From positions 1 through 37,764 of the forward strand of contig DRQW01000165.1 of the NCBI GenBank assembly GCA_011371305.1: DNA of 37,764 nt, read 5' to 3'. Below, one piece after another: positions 9,504 through 20,749 of the stretch. A program made the position numbers and the translations under genes. Each line of letters starts with the position of its first letter. Within the stretch, counting starts at the first letter, position 1. The notes below the pieces were generated by a model, which saw only the letters and a list, made by a program, of their open reading frames with translations, had not been told where the DNA came from and searched no databases. Source of the DNA: Anaerolineae bacterium. Lineage in GTDB: Bacteria; Chloroflexota; Anaerolineae; J102.

Positions 9504-10724
9504 ATGCGTTCGCTGACCGACCCTTCCCTCGCGCCGCCGACCTGGCGCGCCATCGACGCCATCATGAAACAAGGGTTGGCGTCTGTGTTTCCGGCTGGCG
9601 TGTTGCTCATCCAGCAACACGGGCAAACTCGTTTCCATCAAAGCTATGGCTGGATCGAGCCGGAAGAAAAGCGCTGGCCTGTTCGCCTCGATACCCTCTT
9701 CGACCTGGCTTCTCTGACCAAACTCTTCACCGCCACCGCGTTGCTTACCCTGGTGAATGCGGGGAAAATCGGCCTGGACACACCCGTCTCCCAGGTCATC
9801 CCCGAATTCCGCGGCGTGCATCCCCTGCGCTCGGGGATCGACCCCCATACCAAACGGGTGCTTCCTCCCGATCCTCGCTGGAAGGGGAAGGCCACTCGTC
9901 TGGAACACATCACCTTTCGCCATTTGCTCACCCACACCTCGGGCCTCGCGGCCTGGGATGACATGTGTATTTCTGTGAACCAAACCGGGGTGATCTATCC
10001 GCACCAAGTGGATGCTGCCACGCGCCAGCGACGCTTGAACGTGTTGCTATACACACCCCGCGTGGTCACCCCGCCCGGAACACAGTGCCTTTACAGCGAC
10101 TTGGGTTTCATCCTGTTGGGCGAGGCCTTGGAACGACTCACGGCGGAACCTTTGCAAAAATACCTGCTGCGCCATGTGCTGACCCCCTTGGGGATGACCC
10201 ATGTCACCTTTAATCCTTTGGCGCATGGCGTTCCTCGCGAAACCATTGCTCCAACCGAACGCTGTCCCTGGCGTCAACGTCGGCTTTGGGGCGAAGTCCA
10301 TGATGAAAACGCGGCGTGTTTGGGGGGCGTGGCAGGCCATGCCGGGCTTTTTGGCACGGCCAGCGACGTGGCGAAGCTAGGAGAATGCTATCGCACAGGA
10401 GGTGGTGGCTTACTTTCACCCGCCTTGGCGCAAGAAGCGATTTCAGAGCAGGTAGCCACTTCGGGCGTGCGGCGGGGCCTGGGCTGGCAACTGATGACGA
10501 ATGATGGGAGTCCGGTGGGAAGAGGGTTTGGCCCGGACAGTTTTGGGCATACGGGCTTTACTGGCGTCTCCCTCTGGGTCGATCCGGCGCGCGCACTCAC
10601 GGTCGTGTTGTTAACAAACCGTGTCTATCACGGTCGTGCGCCTGAACCTATCGCTCAATTCCGCCTCCGCCTGCATCAGGCTATCCTCCAGGCGGTGGAC
10701 ACGCAATTGGAGCCTGTGCCATGA
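9504..10724 (+). CDS. Beta-lactamase class C-family serine hydrolase (AmiE-like muropeptide amidase candidate)
   Basis: FDLASLTK (SxxK), LLTHTSGL, YSDLG, VHDENA, GHAGLF and FGHTGFTG motifs; operonic with murQ. Confidence 0.85.
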   Translation: MRSLTDPSLAPPTWRAIDAIMKQGLASVFPAGVLLIQQHGQTRFHQSYGWIEPEEKRWPVRLDTLFDLASLTKLFTATALLTLVNAGKIGLDTPVSQVIPEFRGVHPLRSGIDPHTKRVLPPDPRWKGKATRLEHITFRHLLTHTSGLAAWDDMCISVNQTGVIYPHQVDAATRQRRLNVLLYTPRVVTPPGTQCLYSDLGFILLGEALERLTAEPLQKYLLRHVLTPLGMTHVTFNPLAHGVPRETIAPTERCPWRQRRLWGEVHDENAACLGGVAGHAGLFGTASDVAKLGECYRTGGGGLLSPALAQEAISEQVATSGVRRGLGWQLMTNDGSPVGRGFGPDSFGHTGFTGVSLWVDPARALTVVLLTNRVYHGRAPEPIAQFRLRLHQAILQAVDTQLEPVP

Positions 10725-12580
10725 GTGGATTTGTCATCGGCGTGGATGGTGGCGGCAGCAAAACTGAAGCCGTGCTTCTGGATTGGGAGGGCCGAGAGCT
10801 GGGCCGGGGCCGGGGTGGGTCATCCAATTGGCATCTGGTGGGACGGGACGCAGCGCGAGACGTGTTGGCAGCGGTGATGGCCGAGGCCGCGACCGCGGCT
10901 GGGGTGGATTTGGCCCGGGTGCAGGCTGTCACTTGGGCGCTGGCTGGTGCAGGCCGGCCCGCCGAAGCGGATGCGTTGCGTTCTGTGCAGGCTGAATTGT
11001 TGCCCCATGCAGTCGGTCAGGTAGTGACCGACGCCCTGGCCGCGTTGGTGGGAGGTGTGGGGGCCCGCTTCGGTGTCGTCGCTATCTCGGGGACGGGGAT
11101 GATGGTGTATGGTGAAAATGGCCCGGACATCCAAGCTCGTGCGGGCGGCTGGGGTCACTTACTGGATGAAGGTAGTGGTTATGCCATCGCGATGCACGCG
11201 CTGCGGGCTATTGCACGCGTCCACGACCACGTCGACGCCCTGCCAACCCAACTGACTCAATCGCTTTTGGCGGCCCTTGGCCTTCATGCACCCCAACAGC
11301 TTATCCCCTGGTTGTATGCGCCTGAGCGTCGGCCCGCGCACGTGGCGGCCCTGGCACCGCTGGTATTGGATGCTGCGGAAGCAGGTGATCTTTTGGCCAT
11401 GGAGGGAATGTTGCGCGCGGCAGACGCCTTGGCCGCGGGCGTCGATGCTGTGGCCCGGCAATTGGCCTTGAAAACCCCCTTCCCCCTGGTGTTATCAGGC
11501 GGCCTGCTGACCGGGAATGCTTTTTATCGCGCGGTGGTCGCACAATCCATCCGTACACGCGTACCCGCGGCTCGCCCCATGCTTCCGCAGGCAGATGCGG
11601 CCACAGGCGCAGCGCTGTTGGCCCTGGCGATGTTGGGACGCACCTTACCTCCTCGTGTGTTACCATCGTCGGACGGGGATGGTGTATGGGCTTCGGAACA
11701 GCCGAATGTTTTGACCCACGAGCTGGATAGGCGTTCCGCGTTGGAACTGGCGGGGTTGATGCATCTGGAGGATGGTCGGGCCGTGGCTTCGATGCGTCCC
11801 GTTTTGCCTCAAATCGCCACGGCTATCGATGCCATCGCCGCGCGCATGAAGCAGGGCGGACGGTTGATCTACGTGGGGGCGGGGACGTCGGGCCGATTGG
11901 GTGTGTTAGACGCATCGGAATGCCCGCCCACCTTCAACACGGCCCCTGGCCAGGTGGTGGGCATCATCGCCGGAGGACCGAAGGCCCTGACTGAGGCAGT
12001 CGAAGAAGCCGAGGATGATCCCAACGCAGGGGCCCAGGACATCCAGGCATTGGATGTGGGGCCGTTGGATAGTGTGGTGGGCATTGCTGCCAGCGGACGT
12101 ACGCCCTATGTGGTCGGAGCATTGACTGAGGCCCGGCGGCGAGGCGCGTTGACCCTCGCGCTCATCTGCAACCTACCCGCACCCCTGGCCCAGATCGCGG
12201 AACACGTCATCGCTCCCTTGGTTGGCCCCGAAGTGATCGCCGGTTCGACCCGGCTCAAAGCGGGCACCGTGCAGAAACTTGCACTAAATATGCTCAGCAC
12301 GGGCGTCATGGTGCAGCTGGGGAAGACGTATGGGAATTTGATGGTGGACCTGCGGCAGCAAAACGTGAAATTACAACGCCGGGCGCGGCGCATCGTGGCT
12401 CAGGCATGCCAGATCACTGAGGAAGAAGCCGCACAGGTTTTGGCCCAAAGCCGGGGGGATGTGAAAGTGGCTATCGTCAGCTATCTGCTGGGGATCGATC
12501 CTGAAGCCGCGCGTCGCCGCTTGCAGCAGGCTGAAGGGTATGTGCGCAAGGCATTGTTGTCCCGAGATGCAAGCGAATGA
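10721..12580 (+). CDS. murQ: Fusion of BadF/BadG/BcrA/BcrD-type amino-sugar kinase (MurK-like) and N-acetylmuramic acid 6-phosphate etherase
   Basis: N-terminal GVDGGGSKT, ISGTG and GGWGHLLDEGSGY; C-terminal GAGTSGRLGVLDASECPPTF, GPEVIAGSTRLKAGT and GKTYGNLMVD. Confidence 0.92.
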   Translation: MSGFVIGVDGGGSKTEAVLLDWEGRELGRGRGGSSNWHLVGRDAARDVLAAVMAEAATAAGVDLARVQAVTWALAGAGRPAEADALRSVQAELLPHAVGQVVTDALAALVGGVGARFGVVAISGTGMMVYGENGPDIQARAGGWGHLLDEGSGYAIAMHALRAIARVHDHVDALPTQLTQSLLAALGLHAPQQLIPWLYAPERRPAHVAALAPLVLDAAEAGDLLAMEGMLRAADALAAGVDAVARQLALKTPFPLVLSGGLLTGNAFYRAVVAQSIRTRVPAARPMLPQADAATGAALLALAMLGRTLPPRVLPSSDGDGVWASEQPNVLTHELDRRSALELAGLMHLEDGRAVASMRPVLPQIATAIDAIAARMKQGGRLIYVGAGTSGRLGVLDASECPPTFNTAPGQVVGIIAGGPKALTEAVEEAEDDPNAGAQDIQALDVGPLDSVVGIAASGRTPYVVGALTEARRRGALTLALICNLPAPLAQIAEHVIAPLVGPEVIAGSTRLKAGTVQKLALNMLSTGVMVQLGKTYGNLMVDLRQQNVKLQRRARRIVAQACQITEEEAAQVLAQSRGDVKVAIVSYLLGIDPEAARRRLQQAEGYVRKALLSRDASE

Positions 12581-12631
12581 CTTTTTGTCTTAATGAATGA
12601 TGAGCACACGCATACTGTCAGAATCTGGAAT

Positions 12632-12660
12632 TTGACCATTTCCTGGGATGCTTTTATACT
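12632..12660 (+). promoter_or_regulatory. Sigma70-type promoter upstream of the cobalamin riboswitch
   Basis: TTGACC (12632-12637), 17 bp, TATACT (12655-12660). Confidence 0.8.
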
Positions 12661-12667
12661 TCCACCA

Positions 12668-12808
12668 CAATTGCAGATATCTTCGCCCCGTTGTGGGCGA
12701 CCGGGGGAAGTCCGGTGAAAATCCGGCGCTGTCCCGCAACTGTGAGAGCTTCGGCTCAAGCCAGATCGCCCGGCACAGGCGCAGCTTTCTGCGAGGCACA
12801 GAGGCTGC
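12668..12808 (+). ncRNA. Cobalamin riboswitch (short form)
   Basis: GGGAAGTCCGGTGAAAATCCGGCGCTGTCCCGCAACTGTGA core and AGCCAGA B12-box half, directly upstream of cob genes. Boundaries approximate. Confidence 0.92.
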
Positions 12809-12830
12809 GAACGTTTCCTTTGCCCGACAT

Positions 12831-12859
12831 CCCCCCTGAAAACCAGGGGGGTTCTTTTT
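12831..12859 (+). terminator. Intrinsic terminator of the riboswitch expression platform
   Basis: CCCCCCTG-AAAAC-CAGGGGGG stem-loop followed by TTCTTTTT, before the cobT start. Confidence 0.85.
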
Positions 12860-12916
12860 GTCTCAAAACCGCGTTGGCATTCATCATGACATAAATCGTT
12901 CCATAAGGAAGTTCCC

Positions 12917-13972
12917 ATGACACTGACAGAAATCATCGCGCAAATTCAACCGCTGGATGAATCGGCCATGCATCAGGCCCGCGCCCGCCAGGACCAACTC
13001 ACGAAACCCCAAGGCAGCTTGGGCCGTTTGGAAGCGCTGTCCATTCAGATCGCGGGCATAACAGCCAATCCGCGTCCTGTCATCCGCCACAAGGTGATCA
13101 TGGTCATGGCCGGGGATCACGGCGTGGTGGCCGAGGGCGTCAGTGCATTTCCCCAGGAAGTCACCCCGCAAATGGTGCTTAATTTCCTCCATGGCGGCGC
13201 GGCCATCAACGTGCTGGCCCGCCATGTAGGCGCGCGGGTTGTGGTCGTCGATATGGGCGTGGCCACGGACCTGCCCGCGCATCCCGGGTTGGTGAACAAG
13301 AAGATCGCCCATGGCACAGCCAACATGGTCCAGGGCCCGGCCATGCGCCGTGAACAGGCGGAGCAGGCCATCCTGGCCGGGGCCGAGGTGGTGGTTGAAG
13401 AAATAGCCAAAGGTCTGGACATACTGGCGACAGGTGACATGGGTATCGGTAATACGACGCCTTCGGCGGCCATTGCCGCCGCGCTGACGGGTCGCGATCC
13501 GGCCGAGATCGTAGGCCGGGGCACGGGCCTGGATGATGTTGGGGTGCAGCGTAAGATTCAGGTTGTGCGTCAGGCCCTGGCCGTGAATAAGCCTGATCCC
13601 AACGATGCACTGGACGTGCTGGCCAAGGTAGGCGGATTTGAGATCGCGGGTCTGGCCGGCGCGATGCTGGTCGCAGCCGCGCACCGCCGTCCCGTCATGG
13701 TGGATGGCTTCATCTCCACGGCCGCGGCCATGATTGCGGTAGGGCTCGCACCCGCGGTGCGGTCCTATCTCATTGCCAGCCATCATTCGCAAGAACAAGG
13801 CCACGGGATCATGTTGGACTGGTTGGGCCTGCACCCCCTCTTGGATCTGGATTTGCGTCTGGGTGAGGGCACGGGCGCAGCCCTGGGCATGTCCCTGGCC
13901 GAAGCTGCGTGCAAAATCCTGAATGAGATGGCCACTTTCGCCGAAGCCGCCGTGGCAGGAAAGCTGCTTTGA
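12917..13972 (+). CDS. cobT: Nicotinate-nucleotide--dimethylbenzimidazole phosphoribosyltransferase
   Basis: LTKPQGSLGRLE, AGDHGV, GDMGIGNTT, VGGFEI and LRLGEGTGA motifs. Confidence 0.97.
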   Translation: MTLTEIIAQIQPLDESAMHQARARQDQLTKPQGSLGRLEALSIQIAGITANPRPVIRHKVIMVMAGDHGVVAEGVSAFPQEVTPQMVLNFLHGGAAINVLARHVGARVVVVDMGVATDLPAHPGLVNKKIAHGTANMVQGPAMRREQAEQAILAGAEVVVEEIAKGLDILATGDMGIGNTTPSAAIAAALTGRDPAEIVGRGTGLDDVGVQRKIQVVRQALAVNKPDPNDALDVLAKVGGFEIAGLAGAMLVAAAHRRPVMVDGFISTAAAMIAVGLAPAVRSYLIASHHSQEQGHGIMLDWLGLHPLLDLDLRLGEGTGAALGMSLAEAACKILNEMATFAEAAVAGKLL

Positions 13973-14001
13973 CAATTGTACCTCGACGCTGATTACGAAA
14001 C

Positions 14002-14170
14002 GGTCATCAGCGTCCACGTTAGGCGAAGCGCTAACGGGCGTAAAACGTGATGCGTGAGACGTGAGGGGCTCATGCATCACCCATTGCGCATCACGAAATC
14101 GGCTGATGACCATATAGCCGCAAGTCATTCTCATCGGTAACGGCGAGTCAGCGCTCGTGTCGCCTGCCGA
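14002..14170. repeat. Heptamer palindrome element with 10-bp terminal inverted repeats (14002-14111) plus a module M copy (14127-14170)
   Basis: GGTCATCAGC...GCTGATGACC ends; the interior aligns with 22879-22969; 14127-14170 aligns with 193-232. Confidence 0.8.
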
Positions 14171-14194
14171 CTATCTGAACACGGAAGACGCCTC

Positions 14195-14923
14195 ATGCTC
14201 ACTTCCCTCCTCGCGGCCTTCCAGTTCCTCACCATTTTCCCCTTGCCCGCCCGATGGCAGCCTTCCTTGGCCGAGCTGGGCCGGGCCGTGGGATGGTTTC
14301 CCCTGGTGGGGCTTGTAGTGGGTGCGTTGCTGGCCGGAGCCAACTGGCTGTTGGGATTCTTCCTGCCGTCCGGGCTCAGTGCCGTCCTCATCCTGGCTCT
14401 CTGGATGCTCGCACATGGGGCCATCCATTTCGACGGTTTTCTTGATACCTGCGACGGCTTGTTCGGCGGAAAAACCCCCGACCAGCGGTTGACCATCATG
14501 CGCGACCACCGGGTGGGCGCGTTTGCTGTGGCCGGGGGAGGTCTGCTGTTATTGTTCAAATACAGCGCCCTTACCACATCGGCGGATCGCACCCTGGCTT
14601 TGTTTCTGGCTCCAATCCTGGGACGTTGGGGCATGGCCCTGGCCATCGTCCTCTTTCCCTACGCCCGGGAACAGGGCCTGGGGCGGGTCATGAAGGACCA
14701 CGCCCACTGGCCTCAGGCGGTTCTGAGTACCGCTATCACCCTTTTGGCGGTAGGGAGCCTGGGCGGGTGGTCAGGGGCAGTGGCGATGGTGGTTACATTG
14801 GTCATCCTCTCCCTGACAGCGGGCTTCATCCAAACGCGCATTCCCGGCCTGACCGGCGACAGCTACGGTGCCATCTGCGAAGTGATCGAAGCAGCCGCGT
14901 TGGCAACCTTTGTTTCGATTTGA
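14195..14923 (+). CDS. cobS: Adenosylcobinamide-GDP ribazoletransferase (cobalamin synthase)
   Basis: FLTIFP, GAIHFDGFLDTCDG, IMRDHRVGAF and GLTGDSYGA motifs. Confidence 0.96.
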   Translation: MLTSLLAAFQFLTIFPLPARWQPSLAELGRAVGWFPLVGLVVGALLAGANWLLGFFLPSGLSAVLILALWMLAHGAIHFDGFLDTCDGLFGGKTPDQRLTIMRDHRVGAFAVAGGGLLLLFKYSALTTSADRTLALFLAPILGRWGMALAIVLFPYAREQGLGRVMKDHAHWPQAVLSTAITLLAVGSLGGWSGAVAMVVTLVILSLTAGFIQTRIPGLTGDSYGAICEVIEAAALATFVSI

Positions 14924-14959
14924 TCCCACCTCCTCTCCTCCCGTGAAGTTTAGCCGCCC

Positions 14960-15616
14960 ATGTCCGACCTGCTCCCTGGCCTCATGTTGACCCGCGATGA
15001 CCAGGCATTGATCGTACACAGCGATACGCCGATGTATATCCTTTCCTCCGCAGTTGTCGGAGGCGGATTCATCCACGCCCGGTTCATCCTCAATCGGCAC
15101 GTCTCCAAACACTACGATCATCCCGACCCCGCGAGGGACCTGCGCGCATTTGCCCATACCCGAGGCATCCGGGAACCTTTTGTGGGGCTGATGACCGCGG
15201 TTTATCTCCACCGAGCGCAGGTGATCACCCTGGCTGAGGATGATGTCCGCTTGAGTTTGGTCATGACAGCCGGTTTCAGCAACGTGACCGCCGCGGGCTT
15301 GAGCCCTCCCGTTCGAGAGCATGGCCCAACTCCTCCGGGGACCATCAACCTTATTTTGCTTATTCATGGCGAACTCACACCCGCGGCCATGGTCAATGCG
15401 GTCATCACCGCCACCGAAGCTAAGACGCATACGCTGCTCCAATGGCAGCTGCCATCGCCTGGCGGCCATCTCGCCACTGGCACGTCCACGGATGCGGTGG
15501 TGGTGGCCTGTACGGGGCAAGGGCCCCGGATGCCTTATGCGGGCCCGGCTACGCCCATCGGCCATCTGATCGCGCGGGCGGTGCGTCAAGCCCTTGTCAC
15601 CTCAGGACCATCTTAG
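14960..15616 (+). CDS. cbiZ: Adenosylcobinamide amidohydrolase
   Basis: [34 protein letters not shown] and ATGTSTDA motifs. Confidence 0.9.
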   Translation: MSDLLPGLMLTRDDQALIVHSDTPMYILSSAVVGGGFIHARFILNRHVSKHYDHPDPARDLRAFAHTRGIREPFVGLMTAVYLHRAQVITLAEDDVRLSLVMTAGFSNVTAAGLSPPVREHGPTPPGTINLILLIHGELTPAAMVNAVITATEAKTHTLLQWQLPSPGGHLATGTSTDAVVVACTGQGPRMPYAGPATPIGHLIARAVRQALVTSGPS

Positions 15617-15647
15617 TTGTCAGGGATCGGCTTATCATGCTTTCCTC

Positions 15648-16544
15648 ATGCTAAAGCGTATCACGGTCATTCTCCTCGCCCTTTTATTAGATCAGTTCCT
15701 TGGCGATCCCCCGAACCGCTGGCATCCAGTCGCCTGGATGGGGCGCGGCATTGCCTGGAGTCAACGGCACGCGCCGGGGGGAGGGGAAGCCCCTGCCCGG
15801 CAGCTAGCCTATGGCGGGGCCATCGTTCTGGTGGGGGTTTCCCTGGCCGCGACCGCGGGGGTGCTCCTGGCCAGGCTCGCCCGTTCCCTGGCCTGGCCGG
15901 GCATCGTAGTGGAAGCCCTGGCTTTGAAAGCCACGTTTTCCCTGCGTGGCCTGATTCGGGCTGCGCGTCAGGTGGAAACCGCGCTTCTGGCTCATGATCT
16001 ACCCTCGGCCCGGCGCTGGCTGAGCTGGCATCTGGTTAGCCGAAGCACCGAGGAGTTGGATGCATCCCAAGTCGCCGCGGCTACCATCGAATCCGTGGCC
16101 GAAAACCTTTCCGATGGCGTGCTTGCGCCCCTGACCTGGTATACTATCGGGGGATTGCCCGCGGCCTGGGCTTACCGATTCCTCAACACCGCCGATGCCA
16201 TGCTTGGATACCGAGATCCCGCCCGGGAGTGGCTAGGCAAAATCCCTGCCCGTGCTGATGATCTGGCTAACCTCTTGCCCGCGCGCCTGACGGCACTGTT
16301 CATCATCCTGGCCGCACCCCTGGCCGGGGGCAACGTGTGTCGGGCATGGCGGATATGGCGGCGAGACGCGAGGAAGACCACAAGCCCCAATGCAGGCCAT
16401 CCCATGAGCGCGATGGCGGGCGCCCTGGGCGTGCGGCTGGAAAAGTCAGGCCATTATGTGCTGGGCGATGAGTTGGCGGCGCCCATCCCTAGCGACATCG
16501 AACGAGCCATTCATCTTGTCCACCTCGGTCTTCCTTACCCCTGA
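15648..16544 (+). CDS. cbiB: Adenosylcobinamide-phosphate synthase
   Basis: [46 protein letters not shown] and [16 protein letters not shown] motifs. Start taken at ATG 15648. Confidence 0.95.
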   Translation: MLKRITVILLALLLDQFLGDPPNRWHPVAWMGRGIAWSQRHAPGGGEAPARQLAYGGAIVLVGVSLAATAGVLLARLARSLAWPGIVVEALALKATFSLRGLIRAARQVETALLAHDLPSARRWLSWHLVSRSTEELDASQVAAATIESVAENLSDGVLAPLTWYTIGGLPAAWAYRFLNTADAMLGYRDPAREWLGKIPARADDLANLLPARLTALFIILAAPLAGGNVCRAWRIWRRDARKTTSPNAGHPMSAMAGALGVRLEKSGHYVLGDELAAPIPSDIERAIHLVHLGLPYP

Positions 16545-17700
16545 ACGCATTCACTGGTTGGTTTCGGCAGAGGCCCGGCCCTGGCTGGATGCCCTCACTG
16601 CCGCGCCACCCGACGATAGACAGTTGCTGGAGGTGTTGACGCGGCTGCGGCAACAGTTTTCACCTGAACACGCGGCCGCGTTGGTGGAGCAGGCCCGGTT
16701 GCGGAAGCGGGCTGAGAAGAAGTTTCCCGGCCGGGCGAAGGAGATGTTCTTCGAGCGTACCGCGTTGGAACAGGCCAGCCCCATGCCCGTGTCAGCATGG
16801 ACCGCGCGACGCTACGGTCGTTACGGGTGGGTGGCGGACCTGGGTTGCGGGCTGGGGGGTGATAGCCTGGCTTTGGCCGAGGCAGGCTGTCGTGTGGTGG
16901 CCGTGGACTGGCAGGAGTTGGCCCTGGCCTTGACTCGCGCCAATGCCCGGGCCTGGGGACTGGCTCTGCGCGTCCATCCCCTTCGGGCGAATGTCACGCG
17001 GCCCGCCTGGGATGTGGACGTGGCCTGGGCGGATCCGGGGCGACGGGAGGGGGCTCAGCGCGTCTTCCACCCCGACCGGTTGCAACCCCCCCTTGCCGCG
17101 CTGCTGGCCTTGCAGCGGACGCATATCCCACACCTGGGCGTGAAACTGATGCCCGGCCTGGATCATACGTTCATCCCACCTGAAGCTGAGGCCGAGTGGA
17201 TCAGCCTGAACGGGGAGTTGAAGGAGGCCGTGTTGTGGTTTGGCAGTTTGGTGGAGCGGCCAGGCAGGCGGGCCACGGTTTTGCCTGCGGGGGTTAGTTT
17301 GTGGCACGAAGGTGCCGAAGCTCGCGTGGCCAGGCCGGGGGCGTTTCTCTACGAACCGGATCCCGCGGTGATCCGCGCTGGCGCGGTGGGCGATCTTGCA
17401 GTTCAATTGGGTTTGTGGCAGATTGATAGGGAGATCGCTTATCTCTCGGGCGATGAACTCATTATCACGCCTTTCGCCCGAGCCTGGGCCATACTCGAAC
17501 ATCACCCCTTCCACCTCAAAACCCTCAACCAACGGCTGCGCGCGCTGCAGGCGGACGTAGTTGCGGTGAAAAAGCGAGGCTCGCCCATCGCCCCCGAGTC
17601 CTTTCGCCGCAAACTCCGCAGCACGCCGGGCGGTCGCCCCGTCATCGTCGTGCTCACGCGTGTCATCAACCGCCCCTGGATGATCCTGTTAGCGAAATGA
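16516..17700 (+). CDS. Class I SAM-dependent methyltransferase with THUMP-like C-terminal domain
   Basis: [30 protein letters not shown] and [12 protein letters not shown] motifs. Start uncertain (TTG 16516 assumed, overlapping the cbiB end). Confidence 0.85.
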   Translation: MSTSVFLTPERIHWLVSAEARPWLDALTAAPPDDRQLLEVLTRLRQQFSPEHAAALVEQARLRKRAEKKFPGRAKEMFFERTALEQASPMPVSAWTARRYGRYGWVADLGCGLGGDSLALAEAGCRVVAVDWQELALALTRANARAWGLALRVHPLRANVTRPAWDVDVAWADPGRREGAQRVFHPDRLQPPLAALLALQRTHIPHLGVKLMPGLDHTFIPPEAEAEWISLNGELKEAVLWFGSLVERPGRRATVLPAGVSLWHEGAEARVARPGAFLYEPDPAVIRAGAVGDLAVQLGLWQIDREIAYLSGDELIITPFARAWAILEHHPFHLKTLNQRLRALQADVVAVKKRGSPIAPESFRRKLRSTPGGRPVIVVLTRVINRPWMILLAK

Positions 17701-18482
17701 AGATAAACCATGCGCCTACCCTTTCTCAACTGCGCGAGCTCAGTGCCGAACTGGGCCGCCTGCTCGATGAACAGCATCTCACCATTGCACTGGCCGAAAG
17801 CTGTACAGGCGGCCTGCTGGCCAGCATCCTGACCGATATCCCGGGTAGCTCCCACTATGTCATGGGCGGTGTCGTTTCCTATAGCAATGAAGCCAAGATG
17901 AAGGTGCTGGGCGTTCGGCCTGAGACTCTGGAAGCCCATGGCGCGGTGAGTCCTGAGACCGCGTTGGAAATGGCCCAAGGGGTACGTGCCCTGTTACAGA
18001 CCGATCTTGCCATCGCCATCACGGGCATTGCCGGGCCTGGCGGGGGCACGCCCGAGAAGCCGGTGGGGCTGGTGTATCTGCACCTGGCCGCGGAGGATGT
18101 GGATTGGGGTGAGATGCATGTCTGGCCTTATGATCGCATTGGGAACAAACGCGCGAGTGTGGCCGCGGCCATGCGTCTGGCGCGACGGTATGTCAAGGGT
18201 CGCACGATGCAAGTGGACCCCAAACCTACGCGGCCTCCCCAAGAGCCTCCTGCGGTGCTGGTTGAAGCGTCGTGGCGGCAGGGGGCATGGGAACCCCACG
18301 CGGTTTGGTTAGGAGAACAGCGAAAGCTTGTGGTAGGGCGCGGGCGACAGGAGCGCACACCCGAAGGTGTTTGGATTATGACGGTCGAGTTTGCGGATGG
18401 CGGGCGGGCGGAGTTGATGGTGGACCCTGCCGCGGGCGTATGGCGCTTGCGACGCCATTGGCCCCCGCGACGATATGCCTGA
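17697..18482 (+). CDS. pncC: NMN deamidase (CinA C-terminal/PncC domain) with an ~90-aa C-terminal extension
   Basis: [24 protein letters not shown] and [19 protein letters not shown] motifs; ATGA overlap with the methyltransferase stop. Confidence 0.88.
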   Translation: MKINHAPTLSQLRELSAELGRLLDEQHLTIALAESCTGGLLASILTDIPGSSHYVMGGVVSYSNEAKMKVLGVRPETLEAHGAVSPETALEMAQGVRALLQTDLAIAITGIAGPGGGTPEKPVGLVYLHLAAEDVDWGEMHVWPYDRIGNKRASVAAAMRLARRYVKGRTMQVDPKPTRPPQEPPAVLVEASWRQGAWEPHAVWLGEQRKLVVGRGRQERTPEGVWIMTVEFADGGRAELMVDPAAGVWRLRRHWPPRRYA

Positions 18483-18667
18483 TTTGGGATGGGTTTTCCC
18501 TTTCCCCTATAATTGGAGCGAGTATGAGGCAAGGGGAGACAGTCAAACGTCTGTTAGCCAGCATGCTGTTCGGGCGTTTGATGTACACCCCAGCCTGGTG
18601 AGTTTGAACACGTGATTTGCAGCAAACTTCAATTCTATATCCCTTTCGTTTCCCAAAGGAGGGAACA

Positions 18668-19810
18668 TTGAAACTCCACGAATATCAAGCAAAACGGATC
18701 TTCGCCAAGTATGGCGTGCCCATTCCTGAAGGGGATGTGGCAACGACGCCGGAGGAGGCCCGGGCGATTGCGGAACGCATCGGTGGGCCGGTGGTTGTGA
18801 AGGCGCAAGTTTTGGTCGGCGGTCGTGGTAAAGCAGGCGGCGTGAAGTTGGCCAGGACGCCCGCAGAGGCCGAGGAAAAAGCCCGGGCGATCCTGGGGAT
18901 GACCATCAAAGGGTTGACGGTAAAAAAGGTGTTGGTGGATCCCGCCGCGGATATCCAGGATGAAATCTACCTGGGCATGATCATCGACCGGGCCCGGCAA
19001 CGAGTCGTGATGATGGCCTCCAGCGAGGGTGGGGTGGACATCGAAGAGGTGGCCGCGACCAAGCCCGAGGCCATCAAAAAGGTATTGATCGATCCCTTCC
19101 TGGGGATGCGATCCTATCAGGCCGTGGAGATCGCGTCGGGTATTGGGTTGGAGAAGAGCCAATTCCGCCAGTTCATCAAGATCGCCACAGGTCTTTACCA
19201 GGCGTTCGTGGATTCGGATGCGGAGTTGGCCGAGATCAATCCCCTGGTCGTGCAGGGGGATGGGAGTTTGTTGGCCGTGGATGGCAAGATGGTGTTGGAT
19301 GACAATGGCCTGATGCGGCATCCCGACTTGGCCGCGATGCGCGATCTGGATGAAGAGGATCCGGCTGAGACCGCGGCCCGAGAAGCGGGCCTCAGTTACA
19401 TCAAATTGGATGGTGAGATCGGCTGCATGGTGAACGGCGCGGGCCTGGCCATGGCCACCATGGATATCGTCAAACACTATGGCGGCGAGCCAGCGAATTT
19501 CCTGGACATTGGCGGTGGGGCCAACGCGGCCAAGGTTGCTGCAGCCTTGCGCATTATCCTGGGCGACCCCAACGTCAAGGCGGTGCTGGTGAATATTTTT
19601 GGCGGCATCACCCGATGCGACGAAGTAGCCAAGGGGCTGCTCCAGGCCATCGAGGAAGTGAAGCCGGACGTACCTTTTGTTATCCGATTGGTCGGCACCA
19701 ACGAAGAAGAAGGCCGGGCCTTGCTGGCTGAAGCCAATTTCCCGACCGCGCGCACCCTGGCGGAAGCCGCTCAAATGGCCGTGGCTGCCGCCCGCGGCGA
19801 ACTCAAGTGA
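18668..19810 (+). CDS. sucC: Succinyl-CoA synthetase beta subunit
   Basis: TTG start after GGAGG gives MKLHEYQAK; [31 protein letters not shown] and [10 protein letters not shown] motifs. Confidence 0.97.
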   Translation: MKLHEYQAKRIFAKYGVPIPEGDVATTPEEARAIAERIGGPVVVKAQVLVGGRGKAGGVKLARTPAEAEEKARAILGMTIKGLTVKKVLVDPAADIQDEIYLGMIIDRARQRVVMMASSEGGVDIEEVAATKPEAIKKVLIDPFLGMRSYQAVEIASGIGLEKSQFRQFIKIATGLYQAFVDSDAELAEINPLVVQGDGSLLAVDGKMVLDDNGLMRHPDLAAMRDLDEEDPAETAAREAGLSYIKLDGEIGCMVNGAGLAMATMDIVKHYGGEPANFLDIGGGANAAKVAAALRIILGDPNVKAVLVNIFGGITRCDEVAKGLLQAIEEVKPDVPFVIRLVGTNEEEGRALLAEANFPTARTLAEAAQMAVAAARGELK

Positions 19811-19818
19811 GGTGAATT

Positions 19819-20685
<867 letters not shown>

Positions 20686-20749
20686 TCCACCAGGCTGTTG
20701 CCGAAATGAATGAGGAACGTCCCAGCCAGTTTGGCTCGGGGCAGCAAGG

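Noticed and set aside
9504-10724. Antibiotic-resistance beta-lactamase
   Set aside because: No signal peptide, and the murQ/sugar ABC context favours a cell-wall recycling hydrolase.
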